Source: Eledone cirrhosa
Lineage: Eukaryota
Direction: 5' to 3'
NCBI GenBank assembly: GCA_964016885.1
Contig: OZ024754.1
Span: forward strand, 1,674,001 to 1,738,000
DNA length: 64,000 bases
Below the pieces are notes generated by a model. The model saw only the letters and a program-made list of their open reading frames with translations. It made no database searches and was not told the DNA's origin. This document shows, in pieces, positions 16,965 through 31,801 of this stretch (within the stretch, counting starts at the first letter, position 1; every line of letters starts with the position of its first letter). The translations under genes were made by a program, and so were the position numbers.

Positions 16965-18330
16965 ACCAGGAAATACCTCGCTATATTTTCCACAGCAGCT
17001 CTGAGATTTTGGTTCATTTTTCTTGTTTCTCTATCTAATTCTGTTGCTATATAAATTCCAACAGTGTCATGTTATATTATCATTTCGAATGGATGCAATT
17101 TTCTATTAACTTACTTTCTGTCCAAATTATTATTTTTTTTTCGCAGAATCTAATTATGTTAAATTATCCTTTTGTATGGATTTCCTCAACTCTTCTTAAA
17201 ATCTTCCAAATCTGTGATTGTCAATTCATCTTTCTTGTAATTGATATATCTTCTATGACTTCTTTCCTGGTTTACGTTACTTCATTACTTATTTTCTATT
17301 GTTGCTTGTTGTGCTTCCAAATTATTTTGTTTCTTTTCAATTTTCTGTTTAATTATCGAACAAGATGGGAAAACGTCTTCCGTTTTTGTAATTTTTCCTT
17401 GTAACGTCCGCCCATCCATCATCAACCTTGTGGCCTTACTACTACTACTACTACTACTACTAATGAGTTCTACTATAGGCACAAGGCCAGTAATGGGGGG
17501 AGGGGGCAGTTGGGTGATTAAATCGACTCCAGTGCGTTACTGATACTTTATTTTATCGACCCCGTAAGGATGAAAAGCGGAGCTAACCTCGACGGGATTT
17601 GAACTCAGAATGTAAAAGACCGTAACTATATGCCGCTAAGCATGTTGTCCGACGCTCTTCCGATACGAAGAATTCACTGCCTTTCGATTTAGGCACAAAG
17701 ACAACAGTTTTAGGGGAGGGTAAAGTCGATTAAACCGAACCCAGTATATAAAGTTCTTAATTATTTAGCTATGCCTGTATTCTGTTTTCTATTAAATGTG
17801 TCTGTTTTTTTCAAAGTGTGCAAAATGTTTTATTTTTCTCCCTTTCGGGGTGTCGAATAAAATGTTATATTTTGCCATTCTTAGTTATTTCGTCTTCTAT
17901 ATTTTGTGAATGATTTGAGATATTTATGTGCACTCATTATATTTCAACTTTCATTTCTCACCCGAGACTTTGTCTGTTGTTGAAGTTGTTGTATATCGTC
18001 TCAAGATTGATAAAGATAACTGTCAATTATAGAATAGCTCGAATCAAATTAAAATTCTCTTAACAAACAATTTTAGCTGTTGCAATAATACCGAGTTCTG
18101 TACAATGATGGATTTATGTCTCACAACTTTAATATCATTCTTCACCACAAATCAGTTAATTATTGCATAGTGTGAGTTTTAAAGATTTCATTTCCTTCTA
18201 TTAGTCTGGAAATGCTTGATAACATCTGGGTAGAATTTTACCATCATCATGTCTTTCGAAATATATGATACCTGGGATCAGTGTCCCTCATAGCAACGGT
18301 GTCGTTGCTGCCTGTGTGTGTTTCTGGGGT
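16965..18330 (-). mobile_element. Highly decayed LINE-like remnants interrupted by SINEs
   Basis: A-rich minus strand with interrupted K/E/N-rich frames; no firm motif. Confidence 0.35.
17467..17682 (-). mobile_element. SINE, dominant family
   Basis: Same diagnostic blocks; (TAC)n next to its 3' end. Confidence 0.88.
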
Positions 18331-18629
18331 GAGATTATACCCTTTATATCCTTATCCAACATTTAAGCGCAGGTATCACTATACAGATACATTCCAGATT
18401 ATCAGCTGTAGGCTTATCACATGAAGTAACCTAGGAGACACCAGTGCTAATCGGTTAAATCCTCAATAATCAAATTCTGTTTAATTTTATCGCTCTGAGA
18501 TGGACGAAAGGAAATGTGGACCTGGAAAGTATTTGAACTCAAACCTACAGCAGCTAGAAATAACTACTGCAGTGGTGAATATTATCTGACCCTTTAATAA
18601 TGCCGCTAAGACTCCTATTTAATAGTGTT

Positions 18630-19102
18630 TGCAAGCGGCTCAGCGACCGTATCTGTATCAGTGAGCTGCTCAACATTACCAAACTTAGACCAATTACATC
18701 AAGTGTCAACTCAACAGTACTCAAACTATACGGTCAAATAAAAAGATCACACCACATGTGAGCAGGTTATGCCTGGAAGGAATGTTGGCTGGTAAGAGAA
18801 TCAGAGGCCGGCAGCGAAAACGATGGCTTGATAATCTCAACTTATGGACTCGACTTGATCTTTGCTCTTTAAACTCTGTTGTTGGTGATCGAAAGGTATT
18901 ATATATTCCTGGAAAGAAGGTTGGCTGGTAAGAGCAGTAGAGGTCGGCAGCCAAAACGATGGCTTGATAATGTCAACTTATGGACTGGACTTGATCTTTG
19001 CTCTTTAAACTCTGCTGGTGGTGACCGAACTTCGTGGAGAGAGAGAGAGATATCACATGTTGATATTCAGTCTGCAACTGGAGTAGTTTAGCGTCACAAG
19101 AA
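18630..19102 (+). mobile_element. RTE-like LINE 3' end, same family as 7597-8197
   Basis: LAGKSSRGRQPKRWLDNVNLWTGLDLCSLNSAGGDR; same duplicated block; ends agtttagcgtcacaagaa followed by an A-run. Confidence 0.88.
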
Positions 19103-21164
19103 AAAAAAAAAAAGGAAAAAATTTTATAGATTCAGCAATACAGAACATTGTCAGAAACGTAGATATTACAATAAATACGTCGACAAAGTCCTACAGACAA
19201 TGAAGAAATGAAAGAGTGGAAATATCAAAATTTAACCGAAGCATAAACATAGATTGATGATAGAAACGTTATGTGTCCAAGGTTAATTAAATATTGATCT
19301 GTTATTGATGAAGATTGAGCGACAGGATACTGAAATGGGAAGCCATTTATAAAACTGGGAATATAATTGATTAAAGACCACCCATCATATATATATATAT
19401 ATATAAATATATGTGTGTGTGTGAGTATGTGTGTGTATATATATATATATATATATAAATAAAGAGAGAGAGAGAGAGATAGAGATAGATATATGTGTGC
19501 GTGAGTGTGTGTGTATATATATATAATATATGCATAATGCATATATATAATATATGTGTAAGTATATGTATATATGTGTATGTATATGTATATATGTGTA
19601 TATATGTATATATGTATAAATACATATATATGTATAATATATATATATGTATATATATATACATATATATATATGTATATATATATTATACATATATTAT
19701 ATAATATATATATTATACATATATATGTATATATACATATATATATATATTATACATATATATATATATTATACATATATATATATATTATACATATATA
19801 TATATATTATACATATATATGTATATATGCATATACATTAGACAACCAATACTTTTGTATGTTTACTTACATATCTAAATCTATGTCTAGGATCTATACG
19901 GAAACTCTTAAATCTCTCCGAATGCTATAAACCAACAGACTCTGGACAAACAAATACACCCACAGAGAGAAAGAGCGAGAGAGCGATAGAGCGAGAGAGA
20001 GAGCGAGAGAGCGAGCGAGAGAGAGAGAGAGATTGTATATCATTGTTACACGTAAATATACCTAAATGATTAGAATGTTGATCGTCAAGTATGAATCATC
20101 TTCTACAATAAATATGTCATATAATGAATAGAATCCTAGTCTAATATCTCATTTTAGTAATATAATAGACAACTTTAATATTGTAGAGAGAAGAAACTTT
20201 ACTCTGTACAATAATCTGTTATAGATCAAAAGTTAGTAGATTTGCAGAATTGGTAGAACGTCGAAAGAAATGCCTTAAGACAACAGATTATCAATATACT
20301 AAAAATGTAGGGCGAAATGCGGTATAGTATTTGTGAAGTGTCTCTAGGCCTTGGGTTCAAATTCCATTCAGATCAATTTGTTTTACATCCTCTCACACCT
20401 AAATAAATATGGTAAACTCTCCTTCAGAACCCGTTGTATCCTCCTTCGGTGGTCGACGAAAAGCCTTTATTAAGTTTAAGCGAAATTGAGACATTCTCTC
20501 TTTGATAGAAATAATTACTATCTTTCAGCTGTTTACGTTCTCAGTTCAAATCCCACCGAGGTTAGTTCTGCCTTTCTTCCTTCTGGCGTCGCTTATATAC
20601 ACTAACAGTCATGTACTGGGGTTGTTTTATATCGAAATTGAAACATTTTGTCTATGATAGAAATAATTACTATTATTATAACTGAACGGTTAGTCACGAT
20701 TTCGTAAAATTGTTATCAATGTTTTTAATTTTAAAATAACTATCTTCCCTTAAAGTCTTCTACCTTGCGGAAATAACCAGTTGCGTGCTGCTGCTCCAGT
20801 TTTTTTCGGTTTTAATTTGGAACATCGAGTTTTTGTAGGCTTTTCGAACAATTTTCATTACTAACTAATTATTATGTTACTGTCTGTGCGTGTATATATA
20901 TATATATATATACACTCACACATTTGTGTATATATAAACACACACACTTACACACACACACATATATATATATATACACATATATATAAGTCGAGGAGGT
21001 GTTTGCAGGAAAAGCTGTAAGCAACACATAGCTGGAGATATGAGATATCACCAACACTTCTGTTAAACGACAAAATAAAAAAGAGTAAATATGTGAATCA
21101 GCTCAACTTATTCCACTTGACTGTCTCAGAGATTTGAAGACAGGAAAACAGCGTCACATGGAGG

Positions 21165-21272
21165 TTCTTGTGACGCTAAACTCCACCAGTTACAGACTGC
21201 ACATCAACATGTGATATCTCTCTCCACAAAGTTCGATCACCACCAGCAGAGTTCAAAGAGCAATGATCAAGT
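21165..21272 (-). mobile_element. 5'-truncated 3' end of the same RTE-like LINE
   Basis: ttcttgtgacgctaaactccaccagtt...gttcaaagagc matches about 7597-7710. Confidence 0.88.
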
Positions 21273-21900
21273 CTGCATCTCATGGCCAGATCTGGAGAAG
21301 TCATGGGTATGATGTGAACAGATCATACATACCTATGTAAGCTTTGCTTCATAGAGAAGCTGCAGACCATCCATACCATACCAACGTTGATGAAGTCTCT
21401 GAGTCTTGTGACCAGTTGAGGTCAGTTAACATTAAGAATATGACTTAAACATCTCTGATTAAAGCACACAAGAACGTATATATGATGATCGTAAAAGAGA
21501 TCCATGTTTCCATTCTCTAAAGAAGTGAGTTTAATACACACACACATGATACACAACAATGTTTGGGAATCTCCTGGTGCCATGTTGAGTCCAGATACAA
21601 AACTGAAGATCTCCGAAGGAGTTACCTGATTTTTGAAGCCCTTATATTTGATCATGGAAGAAGCGAGAATGAGTGAATATGTTGCAGATGAAGATAATCG
21701 TGATTATTACTTTCAATTCTGTTTCTTCCGTTAAGATAGATGGTTTCAAATTAGTGTTTCCTAATGCAAGTTTCAATCTTACAACAGTGCTGTCGAAGTT
21801 GGGGCTGAATCCAATTACTTTATGAGATGCAGAAATATAATCTGTGAGGATTTGGATATCGTCAACTGTGCGGGAACTTAAGCAGCTAATATCTGCCTAA
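21273..21900 (-). mobile_element. Decayed non-LTR reverse transcriptase fragment
   Basis: Minus-strand *ADISCLSSRTVDDIQILTDYISASHKVIGFSPNFDSTVV resembles the YADD...LQ.L...GL.IN..KT region. Confidence 0.55.
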
Positions 21901-22547
21901 ATGAGATCATGGAACAACAACAACAATAAAAAAGATGAAATATTTTCGGATTAGCTTGAAAAACCGGAAAATCGGTAGCTTAGATATAACCCAGAAGTGT
22001 AATAGGCTTTAAAAGCACCTGCTTAATACAATACACTAGAGGAACTGGTCTCACCATGTCTTCAATAATATTGTCCATTCTTCAATTTCATTGTAAATTG
22101 ATTTAATTATCGATCCAACGTGACATATAGAACAGAGTTTGCAAGGAGGTTTCTACACTTGGCTTATTCACAGTCCCGAAGGGTTTTGTAACATCAAGAT
22201 CAATTTTCTGCTCATTGCAGTTCAACTGCATCACTTTTATTGTGAATATCATGTCCCTCTACTGGGAAGGAAACAAGACGGATTCTTCCCTGTAACAAGG
22301 GTCTTATATAGGAGTAAGTCTCTCCTATAAACATGCTTTAACAAATAGAAAGGATTGCCTCCTTATAGGCAGACTTACCACAGGCCGAACACGAACACGG
22401 AATTCGTAAGTCCACTTGCTATAGCTAGAGAGTCATTGTTGAGTTACGTTGGTTTTTTTAAATTTTTTATATCGATATTTGTCGGGCATCCACTGATGAT
22501 TTATAAGTGCTCTTCTACATATATTCCTACGGACTTTGTGTAGGCTT

Positions 22548-22788
22548 CTACATAACCTGGACATTATTTTCCCAATTTGTAGAAAACTTATAATGAAACG
22601 ATCGTTTGGAAAGAGAGATGTATTTTAATTATGTCTCATATAAAATAATACAACTGGCTATCCGCAAAATACGTATAGTTAGCACCCCAAACGTATAATT
22701 GGGATTATACTAAGGTATATCCTAATGTTTGTTGAGTGAGACGGAAGCCGGTCGGAGTATTGCTTAAAGCTTTCTCTGTTAATGTATT
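22548..22788 (+). mobile_element. TA-associated dispersed repeat (pLTR-like); second copy inverted at 57758-58005
   Basis: About 240 bp homologous to the reverse complement of 57758-58005; both abut (TA)n; contains GAAAC-GATC-GTH. Confidence 0.7.
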
Positions 22789-22802
22789 ATATATATATAT
22801 AT

Positions 22803-22952
22803 ATATATTGTTATACTTCGGGAGGGTCATGTTGCCAATAAGAAACACACGCACCAGTTGCTTTCACTTCAATTTATTATAAATTAAATTTATACATTTT
22901 TCAACACACGTTTTCAGATAAAGAATTTTGCTAAACAAATTGAGAAACGAAA
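22803..22952. mobile_element. Internally deleted copy of element B family
   Basis: Arm start attgttatacttcgggagggtcatg... joined to the reverse-complemented tail ...ttgctaaacaaattgagaaacgaa; in (TA)n. Confidence 0.8.
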
Positions 22953-23104
22953 TATATATATATATGAGTATAAGATGAGAATTGACGTACATGTACGTCA
23001 ATACTCATCTTTTTCCATTTCTCCGAGGGTTCTTAACCCCACTATCAGGCTAAATAATTTCTTTAATTTCTTTAGTTAAAATACGGCGATAGCTTATATT
23101 TCTA

Positions 23105-23154
<50 letters not shown>

Positions 23155-23194
23155 CATATGTACAATGTATACATATACTTTCGCAGGCATAAAT

Positions 23195-23235
<41 letters not shown>

Positions 23236-24121
23236 ATCTCACACATTTATAATTGTGGCATTTTCCTGAAATATTCTGTATCATTCGTTTAATTGGAATA
23301 TTAATGTAGATTGACCGTTGGGTAATTGAGAAGGATATAGTTATCAATAATTATAAGTACAATCTAAGTTGGCATAGTTGAGAAACGGAGCAAATAAATG
23401 GTTTGAATTATATTTAGTTACATTCCTCTAGGTTTAAATCCTGCTGGGGTCAAAATAGACTTTCATCACCCCGGTATATCAAAATCGATTAAATAAATAC
23501 CAAGCAATTACTAGGGTCAATTCAATCAAATAAATCCCCAACACCAACCTACAAATTACAAGTTGGTAGTCGTGTATCAATGTCAGAAATTAATATTTAT
23601 ATCAATAGATAATTTTGGCATATTGCTATACTGGTTTGCTGTAGTCTCCCTAGACACTTAACCAGTTGATTCGATTATGGCCTCAGCTGGCCTGAAGATT
23701 ATGATTTTATATGAAATACATACGTGTAGGTTATCTGTTGAGTTTATGCACACAATATTTTATTTTATCAGATTTCTTATCAGTGTTCATTTAGTTGCAG
23801 TAAACTGTTTCACATATGTCCCAATGATGTTGTTTTTACTAATATGATTGATAATCATTCTACACTATTTCGGTTTCTCTATCTCTAAACATGATTTCTC
23901 CAATAGTTAGGACTTCTTCCTTTTCTATATTTTGTTATTTGTTAGTGCTAGCAATTCTAAGGTGATGAGTGGTAGAATTTGTAGATCAACGAAAACATAT
24001 TTTACGTTCTAAATTCAAATCTCTCTGGATTGTATTCAATTTTGCTTATTTTGCTGTGGTACGTAAAATCTATTAGCGGTCAAATACTAGAGATAGTTTC
24101 ATAAACTGTTTCCCTCCATCG

Positions 24122-24230
24122 ATCAAATCCCGCCGAGGTTGACTTTGCCTTTCATCCTTACGGGGTCGATAAAATAAAGTACCAGTAATGTACTGGGATA
24201 ATTGCTGGCCTTGTGCCAAAAGAAGAAACA
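24122..24230 (+). mobile_element. Partial SINE, dominant family
   Basis: tcaaatcccgccgaggttgactttgcctttcatccttacggggtcgataaaataaagtaccag. Confidence 0.88.
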
Positions 24231-24299
24231 AATATTATAAATAAGAACTCAGACAGATCTTATGTCGTCAACATTATCAGAGAGGAGAGGATTATAACA

Positions 24300-25304
24300 A
24301 ATTATAAAATGTCCTTAAGTTATATTTCTAGTGCCCTTCTCAAAATCTTGGCTGTTCCCGAGAACATAGTCATATGTAACAACCCATTTCAAATTCCCAC
24401 ACTAATATTTGAGATCGAAGTTTGGTTTATCTTTGTTACAACACTGAAGTTTAACCATTTGTTCTGTAATTACAACTGGGTTTTTCAAAGTTTATTCTCT
24501 CTCATTGTTTTCTATCAACTAACCATTCTACACAATCCTTATACTATTTCCCCATATTCCGAATGTCTCCCCAAAATTCTTTACTTTTATCCTCAACCAG
24601 AATCAAACCTTCCTGCCAAAGATCCTTATTAAGTTTTGATACAATTTGTTCTTTATTCTGAATTATTCCGTCTGAATTGAGATATTCTTTACTCCTAAGT
24701 TTTGATTCTCGCTGTTTTAGGTGTCAATCGCTGTTTTAGCTCTTCTAAAACAACATTCAATCCCTTCCTCATAATTTTCTATTTTCACTCTAACATCTTG
24801 TACATTCTTTCATTTCCGATTGATCCCTAGTCATCGTTTTAAGTATATTTACACCTCGGATTAAAATATTGACCTTCTCAAATCTTTCATTTCTACAATG
24901 ACACTGTTTTCTCCTTCTTTTTGCTCTTCAATCCTAATGTCTTTGCAACATATTTTTTTTCCATCTCTGAAAAATCATTTATATATGTGATATCTCCAGT
25001 ATCTCTGCAGAGAAATAATGTATTCATTTTGCCTGCCATGTTCTTCAGTATTCCAATATCCGTCTTTTTGAAATCTTTGTAATCTGTGAATTTCCTTATA
25101 TTCATCAGCTCCAAAACTTATCAGGCAGCGATGTCATCCTTCATGCTTTATTCTTCCATACTTCCAGTATTCTGTAGGTTCTCTTTTTCCCCTTTTAAGC
25201 AAGTTTTTTCATTCATGATTTACTCATTAGTGATATCAACCTGACTTTTCTTTTTGATTCCTTCCAATTCTAGGTCCGTCATCCTATTTCTCCTTATCGC
25301 CCTG

Positions 25305-25305
<1 letters not shown>
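24300..25305 (-). mobile_element. Decayed, internally deleted R4/Dong-type element
   Basis: N-terminal-like RAIRRNRMTDLELEGIKK and GDITYIND...YVAKTLGLKSKKK; C-terminal GTAKILRRALEI* matches the R4/Dong end (compare GTAHILRKILSI* at 61.7 kb). Confidence 0.65.
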
Positions 25306-25398
<93 letters not shown>

Positions 25399-25496
25399 CA
25401 AAGAAAGTGTGGTAAGGAACCAGGTGGACCATAACGCACCAAAGTACTCGATACTAGCTGTCGAAACGGTCGTCCTATATATATATATATATATAT

Positions 25497-27222
<1,726 letters not shown>

Positions 27223-27399
27223 AATTGTCCTAATTACAGAGTCAAGATTTCATTCTGGAATCTTTGTAACGATGGAGACCCCAGTTACATCAAAAAGAGT
27301 TTTACTCTACGATTATCCTGCATTGAGTTCTCATTATTTCAGAGGTAGTAGTACTAAGCACAATTTAACCATTGTTACTTACACGCACAATTTCTCTCA

Positions 27400-27446
<47 letters not shown>

Positions 27447-28262
27447 GTATGCACACATACACATACAAAACCTTACACTCACACACATATACATATAAAT
27501 GTATGTGTATGTTAGTGTAAGGTTGTGTATTGACGATCTATGTGTTTGTTTGTGTGTGTTCAAATGTGTTTAAGTTTGAGTTGCTGTGTCTATATTCCTT
27601 TCTCCAACCGTCTGTTAAGTATTCATTACATTTCCACCGTTAAAATGTTTCATAAAATAATTGAATATAAAAAGGAATATAATGTTATGAAGTCTGTATG
27701 AATATTTAAAGAGCCTATGTCATCTTTAATAGATCGTCACGCACCATCTAATGAATTAATACTGAAGATAATTTCAAGAACTTCCAGAAAATGTATGGAG
27801 ACACTCAAATATTTTTGACTATTTAACTCTTTCAACGCGAACGAACATAAAACTATCAACGAAAGCATTCCAATATGAGATTGGAATGCTTTCAAACCGT
27901 ACAAGTTTTCAATAAGATAATAGAGTTCTTGATATAGAAAGCCATTAATGCATATTATACCCATAAGATGGCGGTCGGCAGAAACATATATAGATTTTTA
28001 TAAAATTGTAAATACTTTATACATATTTATTTTTCGGAATCTAAGCTATGGTTTAATCATCTTTCGATGTGACATGTCTTTGTATAGAGTTTATATTCGT
28101 TGTTACGGAATTGTAATTATTTAGAAAATCAAAAGTAAAAGTCACACATTTTTATCTTATCTTTAACTGGTATTGTTAAGATAACAATTTCTTCTATCAG
28201 TTTAAGGTTGTTAGTATTGGACTGTATGTAGAACCTACAGATACTGGGTTGAATGGTCTATC

Positions 28263-28808
28263 GACAACCATGAGATCTATTCCACCATGGCCTAAAGTCA
28301 ACCATGAGCTATATAGGAATATAGCTCATGGTTGACATATAGTCAACTATGAACTATATTCCTCTAGGGCCTCTTGAGATATACTCCTTCATGGTCTATA
28401 GTCACCCATGAGATATACTCCTCAATGGCCTATAGTCACCCATGAGGTGTACTCCTCAATCGCCTATAGTCACCCATGAGATGTACTCATCAATGGCCTA
28501 TAGTCACCCATGAGATATACTCCTCTATGGCCTATAGTCACCCATGAGGTGTACTCCTCCATGGTCTATAGTCACCCATGAGATATACTCCTCTATGGCC
28601 TATAGTCACCCATGAGGTGTACTCCTCCATGGTCTATAGTCACCCATGAGATATACTCCTCTATGGCCTATAGTCACCGATGAGATGTACTCCTCAATGG
28701 CCTATAGTCATCCATGAGGTGTACTCCTCAATGGCCTATAGTCACCCATGGGGTATACTCCTCAATGGCCTATAGTCACCCATGAGATGTACTCCTCAAT
28801 GGTCTATA
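28263..28808. repeat. 34-bp minisatellite (about 12 conserved copies plus degenerate 5' copies)
   Basis: Unit ctatagtcacccatgagatatactcctcaatggc at 28396, 28430, ... Confidence 0.95.
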
Positions 28809-29145
28809 CACTACCTCATCAGGCCTACTACACCAAACACCAAACATCTTCATTGAAGGCACAACAAATACTCAGGTTATGACACCCTATCATTACTGTA
28901 AATCTCATTTGAAAATTATTCTATCATTCTTTGATTCTTATAGTCTTATAAGTCTCTTTTATTTCTATATATTTTTTTACACACACCACATAGTCAGATG
29001 TAAACATATTCGTCTATTCATATAGAGGCCATATAGAGCATTATACACTCGTATATATATATACATGCATGCATATATATGCATACACACACAAACATAC
29101 ATATACAAGAGGACAAAACCATACATACATGCATACATACATACA

Positions 29146-29179
<34 letters not shown>

Positions 29180-29693
29180 CACACATAAGAGGACATAGCA
29201 AAAAACCTACATACATGCATGCAAACAAACACATACATATACAAAAAACGATATCTACATATATACAGTCAGACACATATACATACATATATATATACAT
29301 ATATATATATATGTATGTGTATGTGTATACATACTTACAGGCATACACCTACCCCAGCAGCACACACATACACATACATATATATACATATACACCCTCA
29401 GTGATATATCCATACATATAGAGTCATATGTGCAGTCGATAACCCCAATCTAATTCCATTTCTCCTCATAATATCTTATTCTGTAATTCGATCATTCCTC
29501 TATTCTTAGATGTTTATCTCTATTTTTGTTCATATTTTCCTCTTTAAATCTTGCCTATTATATCTTTATATATTCTCGGATTTTCCCATTTCCTCCGAGT
29601 ATTGTTGTCCATGTTCCTCTTTTTGTTATTGTGTTCTATATGCTTGTATGTGTATGATTTCACACACGCACACACACACACAAACACACACAT

Positions 29694-29766
<73 letters not shown>

Positions 29767-29805
29767 CATACACTCACACACATATATATACAGATATACG
29801 CAGAA

Positions 29806-29840
<35 letters not shown>

Positions 29841-30047
29841 TATATACAGACATATATACATATCTACACACATACACACGCAAACACACACATATATATA
29901 TATATATTTATATATATATATGTGTGTGTGTGTGTTTGCGTGTGTTTGTGTGTGTGTGTGTAGATATGTATATATGTATATATATATAAAAATATATACA
30001 GACATATATACATATCTACACACACACACACGCAAACACACACACAT

Positions 30048-30084
<37 letters not shown>

Positions 30085-30225
30085 AATGAAAGGTATAGAA
30101 ATTGTTTTAGCGAGAAGATATATATATACATGTCATATATATATGCACAGACAGACAGACATACTTGCACAACACCCACACACAGGCACACGCATACGCA
30201 TACGCATATATATCTGTGTGACTGC

Positions 30226-30296
<71 letters not shown>

Positions 30297-30675
30297 TATA
30301 TTAATTTCCATGGACATTTGATTTACAAAGATAATGTAGCTTTATTGGTTGGTGTGTATGTATGTGTATTACTATTTGAGCATCTGCCCCTGTATACATC
30401 TGTCACTAGGAGTGAATATGTATTTTAGTATGGAAATGCAGACATGCACTTGCATCTCTGCAAGTGCATGTCTGAGTGTGCACATTTCTAGCTGGCTGTC
30501 TGCAACTGTGTGAGACAGATTCGAATATATGTAATATATATATATATATATATATATATGAGTGCATGTATCTTGTATGATGCATGCTTGTATGTATGTA
30601 TATATGTATATATGTATGCATATAGGTGTATGTATGTATGTATGTATGTATGTATGTATGTATGTATGTATGTAT

Positions 30676-30752
30676 GTTCAGCGCATCGGTAGGGGTTCTC
30701 CTACATGGATATCAAGTAGTGGCCGTACTCGAAAACGAGTTGGCAGCCACCA
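30676..30752 (+). mobile_element. 3' tip of RTE-BovB-like LINE embedded in (TATG)n
   Basis: Reverse complement of 49005-49083. Confidence 0.8.
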
Positions 30753-30820
30753 TGTATGTATGTATGTATATATGTGTGCATATATGTATATATGTATGTA
30801 TGTATAGTCATATGTACGTA

Positions 30821-30877
<57 letters not shown>

Positions 30878-31458
30878 CTACATGTATGTATGTATGTATT
30901 TATATGTATGTATATATGTATGTATCTATATTTATATATATATATGTATGTATATATGTATGTATCTATATTTATATATATATGTATGTATATACGTATG
31001 TATATATGTATGTATACATGTATATATGTATGCATGTATGTATATGTATGTATGTCCACATGTATGCATGTATATATGTATGCATGTATGTATCTATGTA
31101 TGTATGTCCACATGTATGCATGTATGTATCTATGTATGTATGTCTATATGTATACATGTATGCAAGTATCTATGTATGTATGTCCACATGTATGCATGTA
31201 TGTATCTATTTATCTATGTATGTATGTCCACATGTATACATGTATGAATGTATCTTTGTATGTATGTTCACATGTATGCTTGTATGTATGTCTGCATGTC
31301 TGCATGTATGTATGTCCACATGCATGCATACATGTATGCATGTATCTATGTATGTATGTCCACATGTATGCATGTATGTATGTATGTCCACATGCATACA
31401 TGTATGTATGTATGTATGTATGTCCACATGCATGCATGTATGTATGTATGTATGTATG

Positions 31459-31487
<29 letters not shown>
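30753..31487. repeat. (TATG)n-derived compound tandem repeat (atgtccacatgtatgc units)
   Basis: Direct inspection. Confidence 0.9.
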
Positions 31488-31492
<5 letters not shown>

Positions 31493-31767
31493 TATGATAA
31501 CTCTATTATGTTGGTATGTGTTTGGAAGTGAGGGTTGTTATTCCGTTTTTATTAACCTTCCAACTGTGTCCCCTTCAATCCCCTTCTTCTCCCTATCTGT
31601 CTCACAATTACTACCTGTCTTCTATTAATCTATACATCCAATTTCCTTTCCATTTCCGCCACACAACAATTTTATTCGCCGATTCTCAATAGCATATTTT
31701 TTCCCCTTCACTCACAATAGCTTTTTATATCTCTCCCTATACCCCCCTCTCTATCTCTCTCTTTGTT

Positions 31768-31801
<34 letters not shown>

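Noticed and set aside
25085-25110. CTGATGA...GAAA on the minus strand
   Set aside because: No stem II pairing; lies within the R4-like relic
28263-28808. Possible CRISPR array (repeat of about 34 bp, partly palindromic)
   Set aside because: Units are contiguous with no unique spacers, there are no cas genes, and the context is eukaryotic
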